DNA of 64,000 nucleotides. It comes from Trichosphaerium sp. ATCC 40318. Its lineage: Eukaryota > Protista > Tubulinea. Positions 41,301-55,112 of this stretch are shown piece after piece. Numbering within the stretch: the first letter of the stretch is position 1; every line of letters begins with the position of its first letter. The stretch lies in NCBI GenBank assembly GCA_038496445.1, contig JALMLS010000593.1, positions 248,001 through 312,000 of the forward strand, written 5' to 3'. The notes beneath the pieces are model-generated. The model saw only the letters and a program-made list of their open reading frames with translations. It was not told the origin of the DNA and did not search any database. Position numbers and translations under genes: made by a program.

Positions 41301-41838
41301 GTGTCAATACATACGCCTAAGTCATCCAATATATATGTAAATACGTACACGGTGACCCTGGCGCGTTAATACGCGCACTAAAAGAGGGATTGACTCATCC
41401 CACATAATGTCATTGCCATTTTTCTGATCTTCGCCATCAATGTCGTCTGCGAATGCAGATTCCTCCTCCTCAGGTTTAACGTCCTATGTACATATTAGAT
41501 AATACACGTTCAAGCACGCTACGGACTTTTAGTGACCTCGATCGCTTCATACTCTGTTTGCGAGCGTAACGCGAGCTCTTGAGGTCCGAGTGTGATTTAG
41601 AACGATTTACAACGCGGTGAAAAAACGTTCTTTTTTTTTTTTCAGGCGGTGGTATCTGCGTTGCAGGTATAAGCCCCGCTTCTTTTCTCCGCAACCCTGT
41701 AGGTCGCCCAGAGCCGTCTTCATTTTCGCTTGCGCTATCATCCCCGTCTGATGATTGCAACTTAGGTTCCTCTGCGCTGCCTCCTTTCTCTTCTGATTTG
41801 CTCGACTTGCTTTTTTTCCCTTTACCTCTCTCGGCCAT
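38377..41838 (-). CDS. Ankyrin-repeat and multi-BTB/POZ domain protein
   Basis: Many ankyrin units (GMTALHYAA, GDSPLHLAA, ITPLHRAA, VTPLHLAV) followed by BTB domains (DITFVVDKKKISAHRIIC; DIVFLIDGKRVYGHKVVVCSRC; ILRYLYSG). Confidence 0.88.
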
Positions 41839-41991
41839 CACGTCTACAATAGCCTCAAAATGAGGGGTGTGTACACTATTATTAGTCTCGTTTACTAACT
41901 ACTTCCGGTGGTTGCCAAGCGTTAAAAAAAGGCAAGTCAACTTTATTCGCGTACAGCTTGTTTACGAATTCTCAAATTGTACAGTCACGCA

Positions 41992-43794
41992 ATGGAGACC
42001 AAGGGGAAGAAAAAGGAGAAATATACTTACATTAGAGGTTTTGGCAATCATATTTCTTCTGAGAGCGTAGATGGCGCTCTGCCAGACTGGCAAAACTCAC
42101 CTCAGGTGTGTCCTAAAGGTTTGTACGCAGAACAGCTTCAAGGCTCAGCATTCACTGCTCCACGCACCAGTAACTTCAGGAGGTACGTTGCTTTTCATTT
42201 TCACAATGTTATTTCAAGTGTCATGTTCTACTTTACCCCGTTAACCACTATTCAGTTGGTTATACCGAATTCTACCGTCTGTAGTACATCAACCGTTTTC
42301 ACCATACAAACAACCTGGGATAACGAACAATTTTTCTCAAATGACTCCAAACCCAAGCCAAATGCGTTGGAAGGTATTTCCTTACCCTACTGAAACGAAA
42401 AACTTTGTAGAGGGCATTCAAACGTACTGTGGAGCCGGTACGTGTTTTATATTTTTTTTTTTCTATGTTGTATTCCTAGTCTTCTAAAGATTAATTTGAA
42501 GGTCACCCATCAATGAAACATGGAATAGCTATTTACATGTACAGTTGCAATGCGTCAATGACAAATAAAGCTTTCTACTCCTCAGATGGAGACTTCCTTA
42601 TAGTACCACAAGAAGGTAAGGACAAGCGAATGAACAACATTTTGTTGATAATATTTTTTTTTGTAGGTGACTTGGATATTACCACTGAGTTTGGTAAGAT
42701 CTATGTCGAGCCAGGAGAGATTGTAGTTATACAACGTGGAATGCTATTTAGTGTTGACTTACCAGACGGAAAAGCACGAGGATACATGACAGAGATATTT
42801 AATGGCCACTTTGTGCTTCCTGACTTGGGTCCAATCGGTACGAATCTATTTCTTACTTACGACTTTTTCATGTTTTTTTTTGGCGTTCACCGTTGTTCTA
42901 ATCACCTTTTATAGGCGCAAATGGTTTAGCTAATCCAAGAGATTTCATGGGCCCTACTGCAGCGCATGAAAGGCGCCAGTGTGATTTTGAAGTGATTTCA
43001 AAATTCAATGGAAGTTTGTTCACTTACAAAAAGACGTTTTCTCCTTTTAACGTTGTTGCTTGGCATGGTAATTACTATCCGTACAAGTATGACCTAAGTA
43101 ATTTCAGCACAATCAACTCTGTTTCGTTTGATCATAACGTACGTTAACACCACAAACAGTCTTTTTTTTTACCGTTGAATTTTCTGATCAGTTAACTTTT
43201 TTTTTGAACTTCGTCCAAGTTCTTTTTCGAAGTTTATGCCATAGCAACATCGCATATAGCCCCAGCGTTGCTGTGTTTTGTTTTTATAATCAAAGCTAAG
43301 CTGAATTACTTGTTTAGGATCCTTCAATATTCACAGTTTTGACCTGTCAAACTGATACACCTGGTGTTGCTGCTTGTGATTTTGTTATATTTCCACCAAG
43401 GTGGATAGTACAAGATAACACATTCAGACCACCATACTACCACAGAAATTGTATGAGCGAATTCATGGGATTAATAAAAGGAGTATACGATGCCAAAGAA
43501 GGAGGAGGTTTCGTTCCAGGTATGTGTACAAAAGTCACCACCCTTCTAACTCTCAAAGGTTCTGCCTCACTCCACAGTTGTATGAGTGCTCATGGTCCTG
43601 ATGCAAGCTCTTTTACCAAAGCATCTGAGGCCGAATTAAAACCGATCAAATTGAAAGAAACAATGGCATTTATGTTTGAGTCTACGTATACTTTTAATAT
43701 ATCTGATTACGCTCAAAACAAAGATATCATTGATACAGATTATTATAAATGCTGGCAAGGATTAAAAGATATGTATGTATCCGAAACGAAATAA
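41992..43794 (+). CDS. HGD: Homogentisate 1,2-dioxygenase
   Basis: [82 protein letters not shown]. Confidence 0.97.
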
Positions 43795-43956
43795 ACATTT
43801 TATTATTTTTTTTCTTTTCTTTTTGTTTGTTCTGTAATACTCGGGTTTTTTTTTTGTTGCAGAGTCTAGATGCAGTTTTGTGAATACCAACGTATAAGGG
43901 GGGAGTAAATTGTTTTAGGGGTTTTCTTTTCTTATTTTGTAACACGTGTGAGTAGT

Positions 43957-46083
43957 TTAGATAGGCAATTGGAAGGATACCTGTATTATAAGATAATTAG
44001 TTTTGAAACAGTCATTTTATAGTTGAATGAGTAGAAATGCGTACGTTGAGGTTCACATCGCTTGCCATGTCTACAATTTGGGCAACTTTGACAGCTTGTT
44101 GTGCTGCTTGGTCTAAGTTATGTGTTGGAATGATGCGCAAGCCCGAAGACTCAATAAGGTCTCTTGCTTGTTCAACATTTGTTCCTAATTATTTCGGTTA
44201 AGTCAAACAACAAATGATATTTTCATACCTTGGAGACGGATAACAATAGGGAGCGTAATGTTAAGTTCTCTGTAAGCTTTAATAACACCCGCAGCGATGA
44301 CATCACAGCGCATAATACCACCAAAAATATTAACGAGAATAGCGCGCACTTGAGGATCCTACAACCTTATTAATAAAGTGCACAAAAATTATGGATACTT
44401 ACTTCGTTGAGGATACGGAAAGCTTCTTTTACTTGGGATTCTGTGGCACCACCACCAACATCCAAAAAGTTGGCTGGTGAACCACCGTGGAGCTTAATAA
44501 TATCCATAGTTGCCATAGCCAAACCAGCGCCGTTTACTGTAAAAAAAAAAATTAGTAAATGAGTAAAGTCACTAAATTTATCGCTACATACCAAGACAGC
44601 CGATATTACCATCTAATCCAATGTAGTTAAGGTCGTGTTTGCTGGCCTCAACTTCACGAGGATCCTCTTGTGTGACATCACGCATTTTTTGTAATTCTGG
44701 TTGACGGAATAAAGCGTTATGGTCAAAGTTAACCTTTGCGTCAAGACATAAAACTAGTAACATAGTTAGAGGAAAAAGAGTATTGTCGCATCAGTAGTAA
44801 CGTTATACGTACCCTCTTTATCAGCGGTTTCTACGAAAGGATTGACCTCAACAAGAACAGCATCATACTTTACAAAGAAATCGTACAATTTCTTGATTTG
44901 ATCCTTTGCCTAAAAGAAAAATAAGTCTCCAGTTTGTAGAAAACAAAAAATTTTGCGTACAGAGTCTCTAATGGTGCCAACTTCAAATTCTAATGCTTCT
45001 GCAACTTCTTCCAATTGCTCTTCTTGAATACCAGTTGTAATATTGATAGGAACCTAAAAGATAACGATAAGAAAAAGCAAAAAAAACCCCCAAAGTTTTT
45101 GTAATTAATTCTCCATTTTCCATTTTGTTTTTATTTATTTACCTTAATAATATCTTCTGGTGTATCTTTAGCGACTTGTTCGATATCCATACCACCCTAT
45201 ACAATTAATCAGACAAGAAGGACACTATTTAGAAATAAGCACGCAGTACCTGCTTAGAGCAAACAATGACAGGACCACGAGATTCTCTGTCCATAAGAAT
45301 TGCAAAGTATAGTTCCCTACGAATATACTCACGTTCGCAAATGTAAACCTGAAAGAGAGTAAGATCAAAAATCTCAAAAATGGGAAAGACGGAAAAATTA
45401 CCTTTGATACAGGTCTGCCTGTCGGTCCTGTTTGCTTTGTAAATAGCTTGTACCCAAGCATCTTGCGTGCAAATTTTGGAGCTTCAGAAGGTCTAGTTGA
45501 TAGGTAAGCTTAGGTACACTTGGAAAGCACCAAACCTGCAAATATGAACACCTCCGCGTAGGCCGCTGTCAAAATGACCTTTACCACGTCCTCCAGCGAG
45601 AACTTGAGCCTTAACGATAACGTCACCGGATTTTGGTTCTATGAGTGAGTTAGTAACAACCAAGGCGCATTGTTCGAATATTTAGTGAGCTAGCTTTGTA
45701 TTTTAAAAAAATAACGCCGTTACGGCGATTGTAGCGCAAATCGCACTATAAAAACAGTATATGGGTGGTACGCAAGAGATCTGCTTACTTAGACGGTTGC
45801 ACACTTCGATTGCTTCCTCTGGTGTACCAGCAACATCACCTTTGGCTGTTTTTATACCCTGTGAGCGAAAGAGCAGTTGACTTTGGTATTCATGGATCAT
45901 TAAGCTCCTGATCTGTTGCTTTGGTTGAAGCTTTACCCTCGCTACCTAGAACCATCGATTATTTTCTAGTTTACGTGTACTAATTTAAACAACAGACATT
46001 TCAGTTACACGAACCTTGCGCCTCGTAGAGCGAGTCACTGTGGCATTTCTGCCGAATCTATTGATGCTCTGCCAGCGTAACAT
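43957..46083 (-). CDS. SUCLA2: Succinyl-CoA ligase beta subunit (mitochondrial)
   Basis: [63 protein letters not shown] vs GDP specificity not determined. Confidence 0.93.
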
Positions 46084-46361
46084 GACGACGGCAGTTATGA
46101 CCTTGCAGGAATATCGGCGAATAGGTCAGCGGTTAATTTTTTTTGCGAATCACAGAACGACTAGTGAGGTGGCAGCGATTTTTGGCTTTAGGCGTAATAA
46201 AGAGCGCCCGTGCGGTTTGTTTTGAGTGGGGTTTCAGTTCAAACGTCAAAGTCCAACCGTTTCCCACCCTTGTCTTAAATTGCAGTCGCCTAGGTGCCAG
46301 GTGTCATACAAATAGTACATTTCCCGCCAACGCTAGGATAATACGCTTTGTGGATACCAGT

Positions 46362-48068
46362 ATGTACCGTTCACCCTCCAACAGTGAAACAAGCTCTGAA
46401 GCTTCCGATTCAGATGTCGAGGTGCAAGTATCTATAGACGAAGAGGACGACACTACTATTTATTGCTTTGCAAAAGCGTTTTTACACATTGGCACGATTC
46501 CAGATAGATTTGAGGGCAGAGACACAGAGGTAACGGTTTAGAGCATAGTTTGGTAGCTCACAAATCCACAGAAAGACAAAATTCTACATTTTTTGAACAA
46601 ATGCGTTACAACCAGGCAACCAGCGTCAATGTACATATCAGGTCCACCAGGTAACGCTATCTTACATTTCATTGTGGTTAATCTTAACAATTGTAGGAAC
46701 GGGCAAAACCGCGCTAATTGACTTTGTTCTGCGTAGAGATTTAGCAGAACAATGCGAAGCAGCAAAAGTAAGCCTTTTTATTTCGAACATCATTTTTTTT
46801 TGGCGCTAAGTTTGATGACAGACAAAAATGCCTACTGTTGTCCAAATCAACTGCTTGGATGTTTCACCACCCAAGCGTATATACCAGGACCTTTGTGAGC
46901 GTATTTTACCAAGTTCTGTGCGCTGTAATAGCCCAGAAGAGTATAAACGTGCTTTAGAACGAGATTTAACAAATTCGCGAAAAGGTTTGCTGTACGTCAA
47001 TAAATTATCCAAACTCTTTGTAGTACTCACAATCACTAAAACAGGCTTTTGATCGCAGATGAAGTAGATCAATTATTGACAAGGCACGTGAAGGCAGAAC
47101 CTTTTTTTTGTTAACCGATTTTTTTCTTGATAGGAATCCAAATATTTTGTACAGTTTATTTGAGTGGCCAACACTCCCTTATTCCAGACTAATACTCATT
47201 GGTATTGCAAATACGATGGATATGACATCCGCCGCTCTACCAAGGCTAATAGCTCAACAAAGTAAGTCGGTGGTAACAGGTTTTTTGTTGGCTTGCAACT
47301 AATTTTTATATTTATCAGTTGAACCTACTCTACTTCATTTTTCGGCGTATGGTAGCGACCAGTTGATACAGATTGTTAATGCTCGATTAAATCAATTACC
47401 TACAAAGGTATTCGATGATCGTGCTTTGAAACTCATTGCAAGACGTATTTCAAATGGGTCTGGAGATGTAAGAAAAATGCTTGATATTTGCAGGTAAAAA
47501 ACAAGGTTTTCTTCCCCCACATTGTGTTATTTGCTAGTTAAGATCCTAAACTCTGTTTAGTGCAGCTGTAACAAATGCAGAGGAAGAGTACACAAAAAAT
47601 TTAAAATCACAAGATAAAATTACAACAGTTTCACCAAAACACGTGTCATCTGCTTGGCAGAGTGTTTTTGGATCTGACCCTATATTAACAATATCAGAAT
47701 TAAACTTATATCAACAATGTACTTGTATGGTACTCGTTCAAGCTATCAAATCACGTGCAAATGTACACACTTTCTTTTTTTTCACGTGTTTTCAAATTGT
47801 GAGCTAAAAAACTTTGTTTTAGAAGTATCTTGTTCTTGGTGTTTTACACGAATCATTCAAGACATTATGTCGTTCTTTGGGTATATATGATCGTACTGTA
47901 CAGTTTTTTAGTCTTTGTGATGTGTTGGTTGATTACTCTGTTATTTCTGTTGAAACAAGAAAAGCAAGAAAGAACCGTAAAGTTACTCTATTATATGGTG
48001 TTGAGGATATTTTGATGGCCTTAGAAAAGCATCCTGTGTTAGGTGGATTAGTGGAAGACACGAGATAA
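46362..48068 (+). CDS. CDC6: Cell division control protein 6 (Cdc6/Orc1-family AAA+)
   Basis: GRDTE, MYISGPPGTGKT, QINC, IADEVDQL, LYSLFEWP, LIGIANTMD, SGDVRKMLDICS. Confidence 0.88.
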
Positions 48069-48321
48069 ACGGTAGAATGTACAATAGAATAATAAAAAGA
48101 AATTAATTGACTACAGTCTTGGGTGCGGAACTCAATGAGCGATGGGTATTAGCATTAGGCGATGAGTGTTCAACAGTTGCAGTATCGAGCAACTAAGCAA
48201 TGTATCAAATCTTTACATGGTATAATCATGACACTCCGCAAGTCACAAAGAAATGAATTCAGTAGATAAATAGATTTCTTTCTGATTTTTTTCTTTATTA
48301 TTACATTAATAGGATTTGGTA

Positions 48322-50071
48322 CTAGTGATACATTACTCGCTCATTTTGTACACCCATTAAATTTATCGTCTTGGTTCCTTGTTGAGGTACTGAACCAATC
48401 AATGGTTTTGATAAATCATAGCGTGAATTTAATTTAATACGTGGGGCATAGTAATGAATAGTTGCAGCAACACTGTTAGCATCTGTGTACCAGTATGGAA
48501 TTGGCACTAAACTAACGCCTAAAGAGCAGAGAATAAGATCTTCTTACACCTACAATAGCGCACCATGAAACAAGCAATGTTCACTCTTTTCAGCGTCAAG
48601 GTGTTGTATAATAACCGAGGGTCGGACATGGGGCATATCTTGGCCGTAGTGAAGTTCTCCTTCAAGTATTGTAAGAAAAACTGGTCCTGGCTTTCTTAAC
48701 AGCAAGTGCATACCTTGGTATTCTAAAGCAAGGTTGTATTCTGGTAAGAATAGATCTACTGTCAAAGGTGACCCAGTAACTTGTCTTATATCAATACTAT
48801 GCTCTTCAAGTATTTCCGCATCAGGAAAGATGTCAGTGATTAAATGGCGCAAGTGTCTATTGATTGTTATTATTAAGAGTATTTGAGCAAGAGTACCTTT
48901 GACTTGATTTCTTTGATGCGAGTTTGAATGCATTCCAATCCCATGGGTGAGTATCATCGATGACTCTTAGCACCCTAGGGAATAGTGGTATAATACCTCC
49001 ACCTCCAAGACGGCTCAGCTGTGTTTGTGATACGCGATACCTTTTGGCTTTGTTAATAGTAGGACAAATCAACACTATGTACCAGCCACTATGACCTGAG
49101 ATCCCAAGAGAGCGTTCTACACGCTTTAGGAAGTCAAACTGATTTCTACGAGTTCTCCAAAATCCAGTTGGGTGCTTACTTGCATATTATTGTTAGTGTA
49201 CTTATTCAAAACAAAAAAAGTAAATCGTACTATCTAGTTGGCTCACGCTTGATTTTCTGCTTAAGAGGAGATGTTGGTTTAACAAATAGTTCCCACTTCC
49301 ACTTATGCTTGGGATACAGGTCCCTTAACAGTACATGAAGAGAACCAGAGTGCCTAAGAGACTTTTAGCTAAGGCATACTTTTGCGTGCGTATTTGACTT
49401 TCGTTGCACGTACTGGTGTAGAACTTGATAAGCACCTAGATCTATAATATCTCGATGGTAAATACCATACCATTCATCAAGCTCTTTGACTCCAAATGTA
49501 TCAGCTAGAACATTAACTATATCACGTATATTTTCTCTTTTCTCCCAAAAACGCATGGGCGACATTCTAAACTTCTAATGTCAAAACACACGTGCAATAA
49601 ACGTGATAAAAGTGATGAGTCAAAAGGCAGTTTACGTAAACTTCCAAGGGAGCCATTTATAATGTGGGTACGCTTTTGTTAACGCTATAATGATAGAGCC
49701 TTTGTATCTGCGATTGTAGCGCTGGTTAGTATGAGAACAACCAATCCTGCAGCTTACTTTTTTCTTAGGAGTGTGGCACCATCTACTCCACTTGCATCAA
49801 CTGCTGTAACGTTATACCATCCGTCTAAAGTATGAACACAAAGTTTGGGTGCGAGAATACTATTAAAGAGTATACGGTGGTTATGTATATTCTCCCAATG
49901 CCCGTTTTTGTATTTCAACGGCTTTTTGATGATTCTATTCTCTTTTTGCGCTTTAGTACCTAAACAGCGATGAATTCATTCAAAATACATATCAGACGCG
50001 TAATAACGCGTATTTCAACACTCAAAAACATAATACAACATAAACATACCTCTAACAAGCTCATGTCGCAT
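48322..50071 (-). CDS. Trp-rich tandem-repeat protein (3 repeats) with C-terminal RAP/Vsr-like restriction-endonuclease-fold domain
   Basis: Repeats NGHWENIHNHRILF..LDGWYNV..AYPHYKW; RFWEKRENIR..LDEWYGI..LYPKHKW; GFWRTRRNQFDF..GWYRVS. Then LTVDLFLPEYNLALEYQGELHY...DAEKSEHCLFHGVSLVPIPYW. Confidence 0.78.
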
Positions 50072-50230
50072 GCCTCATGAACTAAATACGCGTTGACACG
50101 CTCTCAAAGCGTTAAAAAGTTTTATTTACACAAAAAAAAAATCGTTGACGCGATTTTCCAACATTTTCGCCTCTAGGTGACAACCTTGTTGTTATTTACC
50201 CTTTTCTGTTCATTTAATCTTCCAAAATTA

Positions 50231-51702
50231 TTATACATCTTCATCCTGTTTAGACGAAGTAACCTTGTCAACTTTGACAGGTTCTTGATAATACAAATAC
50301 AATGACACTGATACAATACAAATACCGAATATAAGCTGTATAGGCGGTAGTTGCTGATATATCAAAGAAGAGAATATCATTGTGACTATCATACTGATAC
50401 TGTGAACCTAAAGGATTATAAGAAGAATAAATTATAGACTAAATCCGTTGTAGTATAGTCTCTCTTGCTTGCCTGGACTTTGGCTATGTTATCTTCAAAC
50501 TTTAAAATAGCGCTCAAGGCAAGCCCCGAGAAAGCATGCAGAAGGACACCAACAACAGCAAGTGGTTCGTGATGTAGTACCTGAAGTACATGTTAAATAT
50601 TTATAGCATTCTAGGCTTTTGACGTACGGTAAGGAAGCCACCTTGCATGAGTTGAGGTGAGTAAAAAAATGCCAATGCCAAAAAATTAAAGATGGCACCG
50701 TAACCATATAATTGCATACTCTGTACTAAAAAGTATTCACCGTCCCTGTGAGAGTATTGATTAGAACTAACAATCATTCAAATGTCTCATACTTTCTCTT
50801 GTATAGATACTCTGTATACACGCCTGCAAATCCACTCAGGCAAGCGTACACAAATATGAGCAAGAAAGCTGCAAAAAATGATTAGATGTTGATGGTTTTT
50901 TTTAAAAAGAGTTTCTGTTTTACCTCGGAAATTTAAGTTTAAAATGAGCGTCTTGTCACATGTAACGAGTTGAGTATTAGCTGTCCCAAGGAATAGTAGA
51001 ACCAACGCTGACCATTGTATATTTGACAGGTGCTTATTCATTAAAAATCGTAAAAGCAAGCCTAGATACAAGTCAGATCTCATCAAAGAAAAAAAAATCG
51101 ATAAAATGACTTTGTTTAGATTTAGCGGTGACTTGTACCAACAAATAATGTTCTCATGTTTCCCAGGACTTCGAATGTGGTTGGTTGATCAATACTAGAG
51201 AATATTGCGTATAGAATGTTGTCGTTTACTAAATAAACAAAGGCTGGTATCATGAATAAGCGTGATTCGGCCCATGTTACGCTAGTAAATTAGTTAGCGC
51301 ATGTGTAGAGGAAAAAAGAGCTAAAATGTCAACGTTGACATTGCAATTTTAGTGTGTACCGTATAGGTGTATCTGTGTGAGTACGGTGTGATAAACACAG
51401 GAACATGCATATTAATAGCTTGATTACTTCGAGCAAAAATGTAGCTGACGCTGTGGCGGGTACCCCATCGTGTGATTTGGCTGATTGGGCGTAAAAACGT
51501 GGTGTTATGTATGTAGCTACCTTTTGCGACTTTGCCCATTATGATATCGTTGCTAGAGAGCAGCAGCATTGTCACTAGCGTTAATAAAAGCCTCCTAGCG
51601 TACTGTTATACATTGTTATCTCAAAATGGCTAACCTGTTCTTGATTGTGAAACGAGTGACGCTGGCGGCTGCCTTACTCAACTCCTGAGGCTCTACCAAC
51701 AT
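50231..51702 (-). CDS. Nucleotide-sugar transporter, SLC35A (CMP-sialic acid/UDP-Gal) family
   Basis: IPALFYLVNDNI, TTFEVLGNMR, LSNIQWSAL, SGFAGVYTEYLYK, QLYGYG, ILKFEDNIAKV. Confidence 0.88.
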
Positions 51703-51825
51703 ATTTATCTGCGCAAATCTAGTACTCATTGAGTTACAGCATCACCAGTCGAAAATGTTTTGGTCAAAATTGGTATATTGTAATTGTCAATTTGTAAAAT
51801 AGGCACGTAGTGTCAAAAATAGGCT

Positions 51826-54110
51826 ATGGCAGCGCGTAAGATACTGTTTAAAAAGCGTGGTGCCGTAAAATTAGAGAGCTACTCCGTACAGCTCTCTGTA
51901 TGTCTAGACTTCATGCAGGAAGTACAGGTAAGTATAGATTGGGCGTTCATGGACACACACGAATTTAGAGCTTTGGTATGTTAAAATATGTGCTAAACAC
52001 CCTACTACGCCTCAAAACACTCTGACTAACGCTTTACAGACAAAACCAGATCAAGAACTTATATTCTCCACTGTTGTTATGTCCAACATTGCTAGTACCA
52101 CCAGTCATTCATCAGACTCGTACGCTCACCGGTTAAAGTGAAATTTCAGGTTGTTTTAATGATTGCAAAAATAGGCTAAAAACACTGATAAAAAACAACC
52201 CACCAGTAAAACGTGCTCTTGGCGAAACCCTTAAAAAAGTAATATGGAAGTTTGATGCGTCAAACAATGTACAAGATAGTGTTGGTGCACCGTTTATTAC
52301 TGTATCATGTAACACAAAATTTGGCGTTATAACTGTATGCAAAATATGTCCTTGTTTTTAGAGTCACTTCACTAAAAGTATCTCCAATGTAATGTATCAT
52401 ATTAGGTGTTGCAGAATATAAATAGATTGGATGATATTAAAGATAGTGGTTGGCTTATGAAGAAGAAATTTTCTATTGCTATGGCGTAAGAAGAGCTACT
52501 TTGAGAAAAGTTGTATATGTAAATGTTAATGTCATTTAGAGAAGCTAAGCTTATTTCACTTGCTGAAATCAATGTGTTAGGTGCGCTATTGTTATAGGTT
52601 ATCTTTGAATTAACTTAAGTTTAACTAGATCCTATAACACCTAGAACAACAGCACGTGAGCGTATTACTTTTTATAAATTTTATCTTAATATTAAATTAG
52701 GTATGTCTCCTTTTAAACATAGACAAAAGATGGCAATAAAGATGAAAAGAATGTCCGAAAAAAGAAGGAATCTGAGTAGTTCTACGTCTAGTGAAGATTT
52801 TAAATTCGACACATCAATTCATAAGGTAATAATAATCCATTATTGCTTGCAACGTGCTTATAAATCTCTTTTATTCAGATACAAATACTCAGTATAATTT
52901 CAAGCTTTCAACGATTAACACAACGGTTTCAAACCAAGTATCAACTGCTTCTTACAGTAGGTAAGTGAATGTCTTATCCCAATATAGAACTAAACCGTTA
53001 CAATAAGCATGTAGTTTTAAACCACTCTTGGAGTCTACAGCATTCAAGTCACTAGAAATCGGAGACCAAAAAAAAGTTCTTCGAGGTCTTGATGATTTTG
53101 CTTCAATAGGTCTTACTAAAAAATTCTCTGGTCTTATTGACTATTGCTTTGATAATCCTAAGGCAAAAAACTTTATTCAAGATTATGTAAGAAATATAGA
53201 AATCCATGTGGATGACAGTAACTCTCTGAGAGACATGTCATGTAAACCTTACGGTGAAGAATGGAATATGGCGTTTAACTGTGTTTCAAATGCGTTAGAA
53301 TTTAATATAACAATGTTTGGTGCCAGTATGGGTAAGAAGGGTGTATGCGTAGGCTGGGTATGTTAATCTAATATAAAAGTTAACTCGGCTAATACACTTT
53401 CTTTTTTAGGGACCTAAGTTTTTACGTCATCTTGAGGCTGGATGCTTTTTGACTCGTAGTCCAAAGCCTGGGTCTATTGGCACTATTGATCCTATTTTTG
53501 CAGTTCAAAAAAAACGTACACACGTGTTTGCACGAGTCATACCTAAAGCTAACTATTTATTGTGTAGTTTCAAGTAGAATTACAAAAGCAATGGCGAAGA
53601 AAATGGAATTCAAGTTCGGTCTTAGAAAGAACACGCTTTCTCAGTACTTTCTTTACATTCCTCAACCTAGACAACAGACAATAATATCAGATATTTGCCA
53701 CTTTATGAACGATGCAGTGTGGGGAACATCAACAACATATGGGTACGTATAGTGTATTATTCTTGTAATACTAATAATAAAACACCAATAGGCTTAAGCA
53801 TTTTTTGACAACGACACTTGCTGCTAAAACTATGAGAGAGTTTACAACTATTAAACTTGAAGTAGATGCAGAGAATAAAGTGGATGCATTCTCTAATGAT
53901 GTACTACTACCCAACTACCTTGTTAGAAAGGAAGAATCGACATTAGTCATTACTGTAAACTTAGAAGACACCGAAATGAGGAGAAGGCTGTATGCTGAAG
54001 AACCACTTGATTTTGTACCTGTTGGTTACTGCGTAGAGATATTTTTGAATCCTGACGCAAACATAGAAGCGCCTAATTTACAGTTCACTAGTGAAACAAA
54101 TAAAAACTAA
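51826..54110 (+). CDS. Hypothetical multi-exon protein
   Basis: Chain of open exons with GT-AG borders from MAARKILFKKRG to ...NLQFTSETNKN*; no family recognised. Confidence 0.55.
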
Positions 54111-54379
54111 CTTAGTAACAAAAAATAAATGGTAACGTACCACAAGCCCTGAGCTTTCTTCATACTCTATATCCACGAGAGCATCTACAGTAAAGATTGT
54201 CACGGTTTTGTTTTGGGGTTTTTTTTAATGCAATTTGCCTCCTGCAAATTAATCCGGAATCTCCAACAAAAAATACTAGCTAGCAAACTTATAGGGTGGT
54301 AAACTGTATTAAGCGTACCAACTTAATAGTGTACTAAACAGTAGATTGATACTTCACATAGGTATTAAGCATTTATAAG

Positions 54380-54482
54380 ATTGAAATAGCGTTGATTGAG
54401 AAAATGAGTGATTGAAAAATGATTGCAAAAATAGTGAAAAAGTGATTGAAATAGAGCGTGATTGAATTAATTGTGAGTGATA
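54380..54482 (+). repeat. Degenerate short tandem array of (G)TGATTGAAA motif
   Basis: About 6 imperfect TGATTG(A) units just upstream of the ATG at 54510. Confidence 0.7.
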
Positions 54483-54509
54483 TTATATATCATTAACTAA
54501 CAACTCACC

Positions 54510-55066
54510 ATGAATAAACAACAGCTCACCACAGAACCACATTACATCTGTGAAATGCCAAACTGCTATTACACAGAGGTTAAACCTCAAAAAAACCCAT
54601 TGTACTTTGGCTACCACTACCCGTGGAATCATTTTCAGGAGCCATTTCAACCGCCACAATACACTGAGCCTTTGAAGGCAATGCCGAGAAAATGGGACAC
54701 ACCACTTGGAGAAATGAATACAAATGAATACGTTTACATATGCATTCCTAAAACGGACATTGTAACACCAAGAGGCAGAAGAGTAGTAGCCAATGATATG
54801 CGCTTTTGTCTTTGGGACATTGCTCACTTAAAGTTACACTCAATGCGCTATGGAGAAGAGATAAAACCAGGTACCTTTCTTTACAGTTTTTGCTATAGGT
54901 TGGGAAACTGTATTAAGCGTACCAACTTAACAACAAAACACACCAAAACTAACTTAAAACAACAGAAACTGGATGCCGTGTGTGTAAGAGAGGCTCTATA
55001 AATCATTCAGGTTATATCTATGCAACATTCCAGAACGGATGTAAAAATATGAAATTCAAGTTTTAG
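54510..55066 (+). CDS. Small hypothetical Cys/His/Pro-rich protein inside the repeat island
   Basis: Exon 1 54510-54870 (YICEMPNCY...), intron 54871-54965, exon 2 ETGCRVCKRG...KFKF*. Confidence 0.45.
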
Positions 55067-55112
55067 TAAATTTCTACACTATTCAATCAAACAGCATACA
55101 AGATAACCAATA

